From the NCBI GenBank assembly GCA_036378375.1, contig DASUWQ010000452.1, positions 1-47,531 of the forward strand: 47,531 bases of DNA, written 5' to 3'. The notes under the pieces were generated by a model. It was given only the letters and a program-made list of their open reading frames with translations. It searched no databases and was not told where the DNA came from. The position numbers were made by a program, and so were the translations under genes. Shown piece by piece: positions 35,575-44,131 of the stretch; the first letter of the stretch is position 1; every line of letters begins with the position of its first letter. The DNA comes from Chthoniobacterales bacterium. Its GTDB lineage: Bacteria > Verrucomicrobiota > Verrucomicrobiia > Chthoniobacterales > JAFAMB01.

Positions 35575-36366
35575 GTGAAATCGCAACGCCGAAGCGAGGT
35601 TTGCCAGGCCGTTATGCAGCAGCTCCGCGACAATAAAATCGACTTTCTGGTCGGAGGCGCTTACGCGCTGGCCGAATACACACGGATCAATCGCGACACC
35701 AAAGATTTTGATCTCTTCCTGCGCCCCGAAGACGTCGAGCCGGCAATGGCGATGTGGAGAAAGGCTGGTTACGCGGCTGACTACACCTTTCCTCATTGGC
35801 TGGCCAAAGTTCAGCGCGGAAGCGTCTATATCGACATCATTTTTCGCTCTGGGAACGGGCTGGGACCTGTGGATGATGACTGGTTTCAGCATGCGCGCGA
35901 AGCGAAAATCTTTGGTGTGCAAGTAAAGATTGTTCCGCCTGAAGAGCTGATCTGGCAGAAGGCTTACATCATGGAGAGAGAACGCTTCGATGGAGCGGAT
36001 GTTGTCCATTTGCTGAGCGCTTGTGCACCTAACCTGAACTGGGACCGGCTGGTGAACCGATTCGGTCCCGATTGGAGGATATTGTGGAGTCACTTGATCC
36101 TGTTCGGTTTTATTTTTCCATCGAAACGAAATCTGATCCCTTTGAAATTGGCGAAAGAGTTTGGTGCGAAAGTGTTGAAAGAGCAGACTGAGCCTGCCTT
36201 GGTAGATCCCATCTGTAACGGTACGTTGTTGTCTCGAATCCAGTATGAATCGGACTTGAACGACTTTCTTGATGCTCGCCTGACGGGTAGATCAGAGATG
36301 AGCACCGAAGAGCTTCGGCGCTGGATAGAAGCCGGATCGGAAACCGCTCGTCGTCATAAACCATAG
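35575..36366 (+). CDS. nucleotidyltransferase-fold protein (Pol-beta superfamily, unassigned family)
   Basis: FLVGGAYALAEYTRINRDTKDFDLFL matches the GG...x(n)...DxD minimal NTase motif, and a helical C-terminal half follows. The start could be GTG 35575 or ATG 35614. Confidence 0.55.
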   Translation: MKSQRRSEVCQAVMQQLRDNKIDFLVGGAYALAEYTRINRDTKDFDLFLRPEDVEPAMAMWRKAGYAADYTFPHWLAKVQRGSVYIDIIFRSGNGLGPVDDDWFQHAREAKIFGVQVKIVPPEELIWQKAYIMERERFDGADVVHLLSACAPNLNWDRLVNRFGPDWRILWSHLILFGFIFPSKRNLIPLKLAKEFGAKVLKEQTEPALVDPICNGTLLSRIQYESDLNDFLDARLTGRSEMSTEELRRWIEAGSETARRHKP

Positions 36367-36390
36367 ACGCGAATCGCGATTGTGAGTTTT

Positions 36391-36452
36391 TGATCACGAA
36401 GTGGTCCGACAGAACAACCCTTTGACCACGAAGTGGTCCAATAGAACAGCCC
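36391..36452 (+). repeat. 31-nt tandem duplication
   Basis: tgatcacgaagtggtccgacagaacaaccct is followed by ttgaccacgaagtggtccaatagaacagccc. Confidence 0.8.
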
Positions 36453-36633
36453 AGGGCTTTAGCCCTGGGCACAGATCCATCAGGTAATCGCCCTGAAAGG
36501 GCGACCGATCGGTGACCGTTTCGTGCGAAGAGCTGACCGTTTCCCGCTAAAAGTTGCATGGTAATAACCTCCATTCGGCCGCCCTTTCAGGGCGGGATTT
36601 TATGGAAGCATTCCCAGGGCTAAAGCCTTGGGC
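36449..36633. repeat. about 185-bp nested palindrome built from CCCAGGGC-TTTA-GCCCTGGG and CGCCC-TGAAA-GGGCG hairpin units
   Basis: The units are ordered P1 (36449-36470), P2 (36488-36504), P2' (36579-36595) and P1' (36613-36633), with complementary loops. A lone P1-like unit lies at about 34606-34627. Confidence 0.85.
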
Positions 36634-36713
36634 TATCCTGTTAAACCATTTCATGGTTAAGCGGCAAAATGTAATCTGCGGAATCTGCGGATCTTTTAAT
36701 TTTCTCTATCCGG

Positions 36714-39700
36714 TTAACGTTTCTTACGATTTACTACCATCCAGCCGATCACGATTCCGCAGAAGAGTGCGAACAATCCTAGGGGTAGTTTTTTCTTTGG
36801 TCTCCTCTGTAGGTCTGCGGATGGCTTGGCCTTCTCTGGATAGTCGCCGGCCGGACCATCCGGTCCGGTGGTCATCGCTAAGTCAATCACCTCGGCCAGA
36901 TGCAGGGCTCCGCGATTGGTGAGTTGCTCGATTTGTTCGCGGCAGCTGAATCCATCAGCGATGATGAGAGTCTCTTTGCTAGCGTTGCGAACCGCGGGAA
37001 GTAAACCTCGTTCACCGCATCGGACGGAAACATCATATTTATCTTTTTCATAGCCGAATGAACCTGCCATTCCGCAACATCCGGTTTGGAGAAATTCATA
37101 ATCTAGTCCAAGACGTTTCAGGACGGCTTCCTCGTCGGAAAGCTTGATAACCGCCGCGTGGTGACAATGAGCTTGTACCAAGGCCTTCCGATGGAGAGTT
37201 GGCAGTCTTACTTCGGGCGCTTTTTTTTGAAGGAATTCACTGAACAAAAACGTCTGCTGGCGTAGCCGAAGGGCGTCTTCATCATTCGGGAACAAATTCG
37301 TTAGCTCGTCTCGGAAGACGGTGACACAACTTGGTTCCAGTCCGACAATCGGTGTTCCGGTCCGAATCTCTTGTCGCAAAACGGCTAAAATTTCCTCTAG
37401 CAGCGATTTGGCTAACGGCAAAAAACCGAAGTCATAGAGAGGCCGCCCGCAACACAACAACCGCCGCGGAATGACAACATTAAATCCGGCGACTTCCAAA
37501 ACCCGCACTGCGGCTTTAGCTGTCTCGGGTTTGAAATAGTTGCTGAATGTATCGACCCATAACAAGACTCGAGGTTTATCCGAAACCTGCGTTGGCCGGT
37601 GCAGAAACCAATCACGAAAAGTCTGTTCTGCGAACGGGGGAAGCTGCCGCTCCGGCGCGATGCCGCCTAACGACTTCGCGATGCTCGAGATGACCGGGGT
37701 GCGACTGAGAAGATTGATCAAATTTGGAAAATGCGATGCGATTTGAGCCCACCAAAAAATCAGTCCCATTGAATATGCAGCGGCGGGGCGAAGTTTTCCT
37801 TGATAATAATGAGACAAGAACTCGGCCTTATACGTCGCCATATCGACGTTCATCGGGCAATCCGACTTGCAACCTTTACAAGCGAGACAAAGATCCAGTG
37901 CTTCTCGGACGTGATCATCGCGCCAGCCTTGTCGGCCGATCGCCGACCCCTGAAGCATCTCAAACAGGAGCCGGGCACGGCCTCTAGTCGAATGCATTTC
38001 CTCTCTCGTAACCATGTAACTTGGGCACATGGTGCCACCTTCCAAGCGGCGGCATTTTCCTACGCCCACGCAGCGCTCCATCGCATAGGAGAAACTGTTG
38101 TGATCATCGGGAAATTTGAAGGTGGTCTTCCACTGAGGCGGATTGTAATCCGTTCCTAGCCGGAGATTTTCATCTCGCCGGTAAGGATCGATTACTTTTC
38201 CAGGATTCATTTTCCAGTCCGGATCCCAGATCCGCTTAAATTCACGAAACGCTTCGATTAGTTCATCGCCAAACATGATGGACAGCAGTTCACCGCGAGA
38301 TTGTCCATCACCGTGTTCTCCGGAAAGTGATCCACCGTATTTGACCACCAATTCGGCGGCGTCGTATCCGAACCTTTCATATGCGGTGACGCCATCCCGA
38401 TCTTTCAGGCCGAAGTTAATTCTGGTGTGCACCACGCCTTGGCCGAAATGGCCGTAGAGAGTACAGCCATAGCCATATTTGGTAAGGAGCCCGCGAAAGT
38501 CGCGCAGATAATCTCCTAACTTTTCTGGCGGAACTGCCGAGTCTTCCCATCCTTCCCATGCATCCGGTTCTTCCGGGATCCGAGCTGAACCTCCCAGTCC
38601 TGATTCCCGGATGTCCCAGATATCTTTTTCCTTGAACGGAGCATCGTAGAGTCGCATGGCGGGCGCGTCTTTTCGTTTACGCAGCGCACTCATGAAGGAG
38701 TTTGCTTTGGCATCCGCTTCTTCTTTGGTGTCGCCGCCGAACTCAACCAGCAGCCAACCTTTTCCCTCAGGAAGCAGTTCAAAATCTTCCGGGTGAAGGT
38801 GCTTCTTTTTCATCCCATCGATTAACAAATCATCGATTCCCTCAAGCCCGACCGGTTTATGTTCCAGGATTTCGGTGATGTGATCACCAGCGGTGTAGAT
38901 ATCGGGATATCCGAGAACGACCAAGGCGCGCACGGGCGGGTTTGAGATCAATTTCAGCGTGGCTTCCAGGACTGTAACGCAGGTGCTTTCCGTGCCGCAG
39001 AGAGCACGAGCAACATTAAAGCCGTTTTCAGGCAGCAGTTCGTCCAGATTATAGCCCGATACCCGGCGCGGAATTTTTGGATAACGTCGACGGATCAAGT
39101 CAGCGTATCGATCTCGCAAGTCACGCAGTCGGCTATAGATTTCGCCACGCCGGCCCCCGCCCCGGATGATCTCCTCGAGTTCCGTTTCGGGGGTGGGTCC
39201 AACCCGGAGATGTAAGCCGTCGTAAGTCAGCACTTCCAGACTTTCCAGGTTATCCGAAGTCCGTGCTCCCATCCCAGCGAATGCTGCCATCACCGAGTGG
39301 ACACCGCAGGAGTTATTGCCAATCATACCGCCAATCGTGCAGTGCGAATGCGTGGATGGATCCGGACCGAAAGCCAAGTGATGTGCTGCGGCGGCATGAT
39401 TTACGACGTCATACACGATCCCTGGCTCAACTCGGGCTGTTCTCTTTTCCGGATCTAGTTCGATGAGGTGATTCAGGTATTTGGAGAAATCAATGACCAC
39501 GGCCGTGTTACAACACTGGCCGGCTAGACTGGTCCCGCCTCCGCGACCGGTGATGGGAGCTCCGTGTCGGCGACAGATTTTAATGATGCTAATCACATCC
39601 TCCCTGGTCTTTGGCACGACAACACCAATCGGAATCTGTCGATAGTTAGAACTGTCAGTCGAATAGAGTGCTTTGCTGCCGTCATCGAACCGGACTTCGC

Positions 39701-39827
39701 CAATAATCGACTCGCGCAATTCTTGAGCCAGCACTCGCCAATCATGAAGGCCAGTTTTAGGCTGACTGGCCGGGCCCTCATGCCGGTTGGTTCTCTTGCT
39801 CACAAATTCTGTCGTTAATGTTTTCAT
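36714..39827 (-). CDS. ydiJ: FAD-binding and (Fe-S)-binding oxidoreductase (YdiJ-like, GlcD-GlcF fusion) with C-terminal TM anchor
   Basis: 1037 aa. It has an N-terminal FAD_binding_4 (PITGRGGGTSLAGQ), an FAD-oxidase C domain, CxxCxxCxxxCP (CLACKGCKSDCP) and Cys-rich CCG-type repeats. The tail LGLFALFCGIVIGWMVV is hydrophobic. Length and domain order match E. coli YdiJ. Confidence 0.8.
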   Translation of the reverse strand: MKTLTTEFVSKRTNRHEGPASQPKTGLHDWRVLAQELRESIIGEVRFDDGSKALYSTDSSNYRQIPIGVVVPKTREDVISIIKICRRHGAPITGRGGGTSLAGQCCNTAVVIDFSKYLNHLIELDPEKRTARVEPGIVYDVVNHAAAAHHLAFGPDPSTHSHCTIGGMIGNNSCGVHSVMAAFAGMGARTSDNLESLEVLTYDGLHLRVGPTPETELEEIIRGGGRRGEIYSRLRDLRDRYADLIRRRYPKIPRRVSGYNLDELLPENGFNVARALCGTESTCVTVLEATLKLISNPPVRALVVLGYPDIYTAGDHITEILEHKPVGLEGIDDLLIDGMKKKHLHPEDFELLPEGKGWLLVEFGGDTKEEADAKANSFMSALRKRKDAPAMRLYDAPFKEKDIWDIRESGLGGSARIPEEPDAWEGWEDSAVPPEKLGDYLRDFRGLLTKYGYGCTLYGHFGQGVVHTRINFGLKDRDGVTAYERFGYDAAELVVKYGGSLSGEHGDGQSRGELLSIMFGDELIEAFREFKRIWDPDWKMNPGKVIDPYRRDENLRLGTDYNPPQWKTTFKFPDDHNSFSYAMERCVGVGKCRRLEGGTMCPSYMVTREEMHSTRGRARLLFEMLQGSAIGRQGWRDDHVREALDLCLACKGCKSDCPMNVDMATYKAEFLSHYYQGKLRPAAAYSMGLIFWWAQIASHFPNLINLLSRTPVISSIAKSLGGIAPERQLPPFAEQTFRDWFLHRPTQVSDKPRVLLWVDTFSNYFKPETAKAAVRVLEVAGFNVVIPRRLLCCGRPLYDFGFLPLAKSLLEEILAVLRQEIRTGTPIVGLEPSCVTVFRDELTNLFPNDEDALRLRQQTFLFSEFLQKKAPEVRLPTLHRKALVQAHCHHAAVIKLSDEEAVLKRLGLDYEFLQTGCCGMAGSFGYEKDKYDVSVRCGERGLLPAVRNASKETLIIADGFSCREQIEQLTNRGALHLAEVIDLAMTTGPDGPAGDYPEKAKPSADLQRRPKKKLPLGLFALFCGIVIGWMVVNRKKR

Positions 39828-39960
39828 TTAAAACCGCTGTGTAGGCGGTTACGTTTAAGTAATCGATTCTTAGCACGACACTACGGATTCATTCGTTGAG
39901 GTTTTATGATCCGCAGATCTGCCAGCTCCGCCGGAATTGCGAGGTCCGCCGGATTTGTCA

Positions 39961-40074
39961 GCTCCGTAGGAGCGACATAGCGAAGGGGGTACCGTCGGTT
40001 TACAGTCTCCATTTTTAGAGGTGACAGGATTTCGCCGCTCCGACAGGGCCGATTAGATGGCGCTCCTACGGAGC
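39961..40074. repeat. REP-A inverted pair (plus degenerate flanking copies)
   Basis: gctccgtaggagcgacat starts at 39961 and atggcgctcctacggagc ends at 40074. Degenerate units lie at about 39924 and 40037. Confidence 0.85.
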
Positions 40075-40226
40075 TGTGCCCACTGGCAAATGCCGCGCCT
40101 ATCAAGATGTCGCTTCTCCGCAGCTTAGATTGAATCTGCGTCAATCTGCGTTCATCTGCGGTTAGACTTCCGCATCCGCTTCTATTCGTGTCCATTCGCG
40201 GTTGTCTATTCGCGTGCATTCGCAGT

Positions 40227-42017
40227 CTACTTCTTATGCGGCAGAACCCCTTGGATCGCGTCCTTCAAGGTCCCTCTGACCATGTCAGCGGTATTTGGAT
40301 CCGGAAACATCGAGCTCATATAGTTCTTCGCCATTTTGAAAGTAATATGCGGAGGCAGGGTGGGGACCTCCGGATCGGTCAAAGCCTCATAAACGACTGG
40401 CCGGTCGGCTGCCAAGGCTCGCTCCCAGGCGGGCCCGACATCGTCAGGATTGTCAACCCGGATACCGGTTAGCCCTAACAAGTCCGCATAGCGCGCAAAC
40501 TGAAAATCGGGTACGTGCTGGGAGGTTTCGAATTTAGGGTCGCCGGCTAAGACGCGTTGTTCCCAGGTAACTTGATTCAGATCCCGGTTCGCTAGAACTA
40601 ACACGATAAAGCGGGGATCACTCCATTCCTTCCAATGTTCTGCTATGGTGAGTAACTCGTTGTTGCCGTTCATTAGCATGGCTCCATCGCCAACCAGAGC
40701 GATAACGGCCCGGCTCGGAAAGGCAAACTTGGCGGCAATGGCGTAAGGAACACCGGGCCCCATGGTTGCTAACGTACCGGATAATGAAGCCATCATCCCA
40801 CGCCTCACTTTCAAGTCGCGAGCGTACCAGTTCGCGGCGGAACCCGAATCTGCTGTGAGAATACACTGATCTGGTAAACGCGAAGATAGTTCCCAGAATA
40901 CCCGTTGCGGGTTGACCGGGTTAGCACTGGTCATGGCTCGCGCCTCAAGGACCTTCCACCAATCCTCGATTTCTCCCTCCAGTCTCTTGCGCCAGCTCCG
41001 CTCTTGTTTTTCCTCGAGCAGCGGAATAAGCGCTCGTAACGTTTCCGCGCTGTCGCCGGCAAGATTGACCTCCATCGGGTACCGCAGACTCAGAAACCTC
41101 GGGTCGATATCGATCTGGACTCCCCTGGCCTGACCCTCTTTCGGCAAAAACTCAGAATATGGAAAGCTCGAGCCGACCATGAGGAGGGTGTCGCACTCCT
41201 CCATCATTATCCAGCTGGGCTTGCTACCTAATAATCCTATTGGTCCACAACAGAAGGGGAGCTCATCGGGAATTGCGGCCTTGCCCAACAGCGCTTTAGA
41301 AACTCCGGCCCCAAGTATCTCAGCCACTTGAATGACTTCGTCTGTGGCCTGAAGGGCACCTGCGCCCACTAACATTGCGACCTTTTTTCCGGCGTTGAGG
41401 ACCTCAGCGGCGCGGCGCAGATCGCTGTCAGTAGGAATGACTCTTGGTGATCCGAACCCGACTCCGGAGTGGATCGTTCCATGAGCGCGAGGAGGATCGC
41501 TGACCGCCGGCATCTCTTGCACGTCGTTGGGTATAATAATGCAGGTGACGGTTCTTTCCGCCTTCGCAATGCGTATGGCGCGATCGATCAGATGGCGAAC
41601 CTGGACGGGCGACGATGCCATATGCACGTATTCTTGAGCGACATCTTTGAAGAGGGAAATCAGGTCGACTTCCTGCTGATAGTGGCCGCCCATCGCGGCG
41701 CGAGCCTGTTGTCCGACAATAGCCACCACCGGCTGATGATCCATCTTTGCGTCATAGAGTCCGTTCAAAAGGTGGATGGCGCCGGGACCGGAGGTGGCCA
41801 GACAGATGCCAACTTCACCGGTGAATTTCGCATGGGCGCAGGCCATGAAGGCGGCCATTTCTTCGTGCCGAACCTGAATGTATTCTATTTCTTTATCGGC
41901 TCGGTCGATTGCGCCGATAATGCCGTTGATACCGTCGCCGGGATAACCGTAGATGCGGCGGATACCCCATTGTTTTATCCGTTGAATCAGGAAATCGCTA
42001 ACTGTCGCGCTGCTCAT
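40227..42017 (-). CDS. poxB: thiamine-diphosphate-dependent pyruvate oxidase/dehydrogenase (quinone), PoxB-like
   Basis: N-terminal TPP-Pyr domain (IYGYPGDGINGI, VRHEEMAAFMACAHAKFTG, LATSGPGAIHLLNGLYDA). The TPP-binding motif is GDGAMLMNGNNE. The C-terminal amphipathic tail is like that of PoxB. Confidence 0.75.
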   Translation of the reverse strand: MSSATVSDFLIQRIKQWGIRRIYGYPGDGINGIIGAIDRADKEIEYIQVRHEEMAAFMACAHAKFTGEVGICLATSGPGAIHLLNGLYDAKMDHQPVVAIVGQQARAAMGGHYQQEVDLISLFKDVAQEYVHMASSPVQVRHLIDRAIRIAKAERTVTCIIIPNDVQEMPAVSDPPRAHGTIHSGVGFGSPRVIPTDSDLRRAAEVLNAGKKVAMLVGAGALQATDEVIQVAEILGAGVSKALLGKAAIPDELPFCCGPIGLLGSKPSWIMMEECDTLLMVGSSFPYSEFLPKEGQARGVQIDIDPRFLSLRYPMEVNLAGDSAETLRALIPLLEEKQERSWRKRLEGEIEDWWKVLEARAMTSANPVNPQRVFWELSSRLPDQCILTADSGSAANWYARDLKVRRGMMASLSGTLATMGPGVPYAIAAKFAFPSRAVIALVGDGAMLMNGNNELLTIAEHWKEWSDPRFIVLVLANRDLNQVTWEQRVLAGDPKFETSQHVPDFQFARYADLLGLTGIRVDNPDDVGPAWERALAADRPVVYEALTDPEVPTLPPHITFKMAKNYMSSMFPDPNTADMVRGTLKDAIQGVLPHKK

Positions 42018-42217
42018 AAGAGTACTACCTAATTGCTGGTGAAACTGGTGGTGGGACCTTTCAGCGCGCGCGCTGGCTCAGGCCAGGCCTGAGCAAGCTC
42101 AACGCGCGTCAAAAGGCCGTTGCTACAAAGGAAGAGCGTTGCCATAAAGGCAGGGAAAACCGGTCGCCTTTTGTTCAATGCGCCACCCACCGCTAGATCG
42201 CTCGTCATCCCGGGGTT

Positions 42218-42266
42218 GGTTCTAAGTTCTAGGTTCAAGGTTCGACGTTCGAGGTTGTAGGTTCCG
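42218..42266 (+). repeat. heptamer tandem array (GGTTCTA, AGTTCTA, GGTTCAA, GGTTCGA, CGTTCGA, GGTTGTA, GGTTCCG)
   Basis: Read directly from the sequence. It is the inverted partner of the array at 42325-42387. Confidence 0.9.
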
Positions 42267-42324
42267 GGTTTGAAGAGTCCGTTCGTGGCGCGACAGGTCA
42301 TGGGCCGCGGTCAACTTAGAGCGC

Positions 42325-42387
42325 AGAACTCTGAACTTTGAACCTTGAACCTTGAACCTTGAACATAAAACATAGAACCTTGAACGG
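42325..42387 (+). repeat. heptamer tandem array (AGAACTC, TGAACTT, TGAACCT x3, TGAACAT, AAAACAT, AGAACCT, TGAACGG)
   Basis: Read directly from the sequence. It is the reverse complement of the GGTTCAA family and ends 25 nt before the udgX ATG. Confidence 0.9.
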
Positions 42388-42412
42388 TTCCGGCTGCGAT
42401 CCTCCTGAAATC

Positions 42413-43063
42413 ATGGGAATCGCGAGAGAGGAGAAAAACCGTTATCTGGAGCCGTCGGATGAGTTGCCTGACTTTGCGAACCTGAAAGAAGCGGGACATT
42501 CCGCAACGAAGTGCCGGCGTTGCCCGCTGTGGGAGCGCGCTACGCAAACGGTTTTTGGGACTGGGGCCAGTCAGGCCCGTGTTCTGTTCGTTGGCGAACA
42601 ACCCGGTGACGTCGAAGATCGAACAGGGTTACCCTTTGTCGGGCCGGCCGGCAGACTCTTGGATCGCGCTTTGAAGGAAGCCCAAATCAGTCGGGATCTC
42701 TGTTACGTCACCAACGCGGTCAAACATTTCAAATGGGAACCGCTTGGCCAACGCAGATTGCATAAGAAACCCACCTCTCGGGAAATCCAAGCCTGTCGTC
42801 CCTGGCTTCAGGCTGAAATCGAGTTGATTCAGCCAGAGATCGTAGTTGGTCTGGGCGCTACCGCCGCCGCCAGCATATTCGGGGTATCCGTCCGCATCGG
42901 CGATGTTCGCGGAAAAGTTATCCATGTTGAATCCATCGGTAGGGCCTGCTTGATCACCGCTCATCCTTCGTCTGTTTTGCGCGCACCTGGTCCGGAGAAC
43001 AGGGATGCCGAGTTTGATCGTTTGGTACAGGATCTAACGCTATTGCAGGAGTTTGCGGCCTAG
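42413..43063 (+). CDS. udgX: UdgX-type uracil-DNA glycosylase (family-4-like, covalent-crosslinking class)
   Basis: I prefer the ATG at 42413, since the track start lies inside a tandem repeat. Contains CRRCPLW, GEQPGDVEDRTGLPFVGPAGRLLD, VTNAVKHFKW, the loop GQRRLHKKP (KRRIH-loop equivalent with His) and HPSSVLR. It is very close to my memory of M. smegmatis UdgX. Confidence 0.8.
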   Translation: MGIAREEKNRYLEPSDELPDFANLKEAGHSATKCRRCPLWERATQTVFGTGASQARVLFVGEQPGDVEDRTGLPFVGPAGRLLDRALKEAQISRDLCYVTNAVKHFKWEPLGQRRLHKKPTSREIQACRPWLQAEIELIQPEIVVGLGATAAASIFGVSVRIGDVRGKVIHVESIGRACLITAHPSSVLRAPGPENRDAEFDRLVQDLTLLQEFAA

Positions 43064-43311
43064 GCGCTTCGCGCGTTGCCATTATAAGGCGCGAAGCTGC
43101 TGATGAGCGTTGAGCCTCCCGAAGGGCTATTTTGGTGGAGCGAGGCTCCCGAAAAGGCCGCGAGTCTAAGTGGAGAAACCGAGTGACTCAGTTTACCAAG
43201 CAGCGCTCCGGCTTGCTACCTGGAATACGACCACTTTTTCTCCCGCGACGATCCTTGAATAGAGACTGCGCATATCAATCGAATTTTTCCACCTTCAACC
43301 CCGAGAAACTT

Positions 43312-43728
43312 ATGAAAGGAGCAACTGATTACGAAGATCAAGGGCATCTAAAGAACCCGGTTAATCAAGTCGTCGCAATCTTACCGCGCGAAGCGGATGT
43401 GGAGGGCCTCGTGGCCGATCTGCACAAGGTCGGATTTGCTTCGGATGACATCGGAGTTTTATCCGGCCGGGACGACGCCCATAAGCTGGATGCGGCGTCG
43501 GGGCGGCAAGGCTGGCTAACGAAACTGGCTCAGATCGGACCAGGATTTGGTGATTTGGACGCTGGTAACATGAAGGATTATGCAGAGGCGTTGCGACGCG
43601 ACGAGTCCGTAATTGCGGTTGTCGCCACGCTTGGAAGTAAACGTCGCGAAATTGCCGAATTGCTTAAACAGCATGGAGCCAAGTTCATCAATTCGTATGG
43701 CATGTTTACTATCGAGGGTTTGGGGTAG
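43312..43728 (+). CDS. hypothetical protein
   Basis: ATG at 43312 gives 138 aa of balanced composition (VVAILPREADVEGLVADLHKVGFASDDIGVLSGRDD...). No family is recognised. Confidence 0.5.
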   Translation: MKGATDYEDQGHLKNPVNQVVAILPREADVEGLVADLHKVGFASDDIGVLSGRDDAHKLDAASGRQGWLTKLAQIGPGFGDLDAGNMKDYAEALRRDESVIAVVATLGSKRREIAELLKQHGAKFINSYGMFTIEGLG

Positions 43729-43733
43729 AGACA

Positions 43734-43765
43734 TCGTGCTCGGGCTCGTCCTCGTGCTCGTGCTC
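43734..43765 (+). repeat. hexamer tandem array (CGTGCT-type x5)
   Basis: The array reads cgtgct cgggct cgtcct cgtgct cgtgct cg. It is the inverted partner of the array at 43855-43896. Confidence 0.9.
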
Positions 43766-43805
43766 GAAAAGGAGCGTTGTTCTTCACCGATGCGTTGAAT
43801 TACCC

Positions 43806-44099
43806 ATGATCGCCTTTGACAAACTTAGCTTGGTTTCGATACCTGCTGACCGTTCGAGCACGAGCACGAGCACGAGCACGAGCAGGAGGACGAGGGGAGA
43901 ACTACAAACGCCCAACGTTCCGCCGGAAGTTCCTATTCCACCGGAACAACCGCCTTTGCCGGTGCCGACCGAACCGATCCCAGGACCAGTTCCTACCAGG
44001 CCGACGCCCGTTCCAGTTCCTCCGGAGCCGATACCACCGAACACACCTGAACCGAATCGCCCACCGGAGCCAATGGGGAAGGTGAGAGGTGAGAGGTAG
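43806..44099 (+). CDS. possible Pro-rich small protein (low-complexity, doubtful)
   Basis: 97-aa ORF. The STSTSTS stretch comes from a hexamer array, followed by a (P-x) rich core. It ends ...GKVRGER* inside a GGTGAGA heptamer array, exactly as surE, PAP2 and the hybrid kinase do. The antisense Gly-rich ORF is the alternative reading. Confidence 0.25.
   Translation: MIAFDKLSLVSIPADRSSTSTSTSTSRRTRGELQTPNVPPEVPIPPEQPPLPVPTEPIPGPVPTRPTPVPVPPEPIPPNTPEPNRPPEPMGKVRGER
43855..43896 (+). repeat. hexamer tandem array (CGAGCA x5, GGAGGA, CGAGGG)
   Basis: Read directly from the sequence. It is the reverse complement of the 43734 array, with an 89-nt spacer between them. Confidence 0.9.
44081..44097 (+). 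repeat. heptamer array (GGTGAGA x2 plus partial)
   Basis: The array reads ggtgagaggtgagaggtag. The stop of ORF 43806-44099 lies at its end. Confidence 0.85.
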
Positions 44100-44131
44100 C
44101 GCGGAGTAGTCACGGTTTCGGTCAGCGCCAG

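Noticed and set aside
35533-36093. 186-aa minus-strand ORF, and the 154-aa ORF at 36110-36574.
   Set aside because: The first is antisense to the NTase gene, which has a recognisable motif. The second runs through the REP/palindrome mosaic and has repeat-derived composition.
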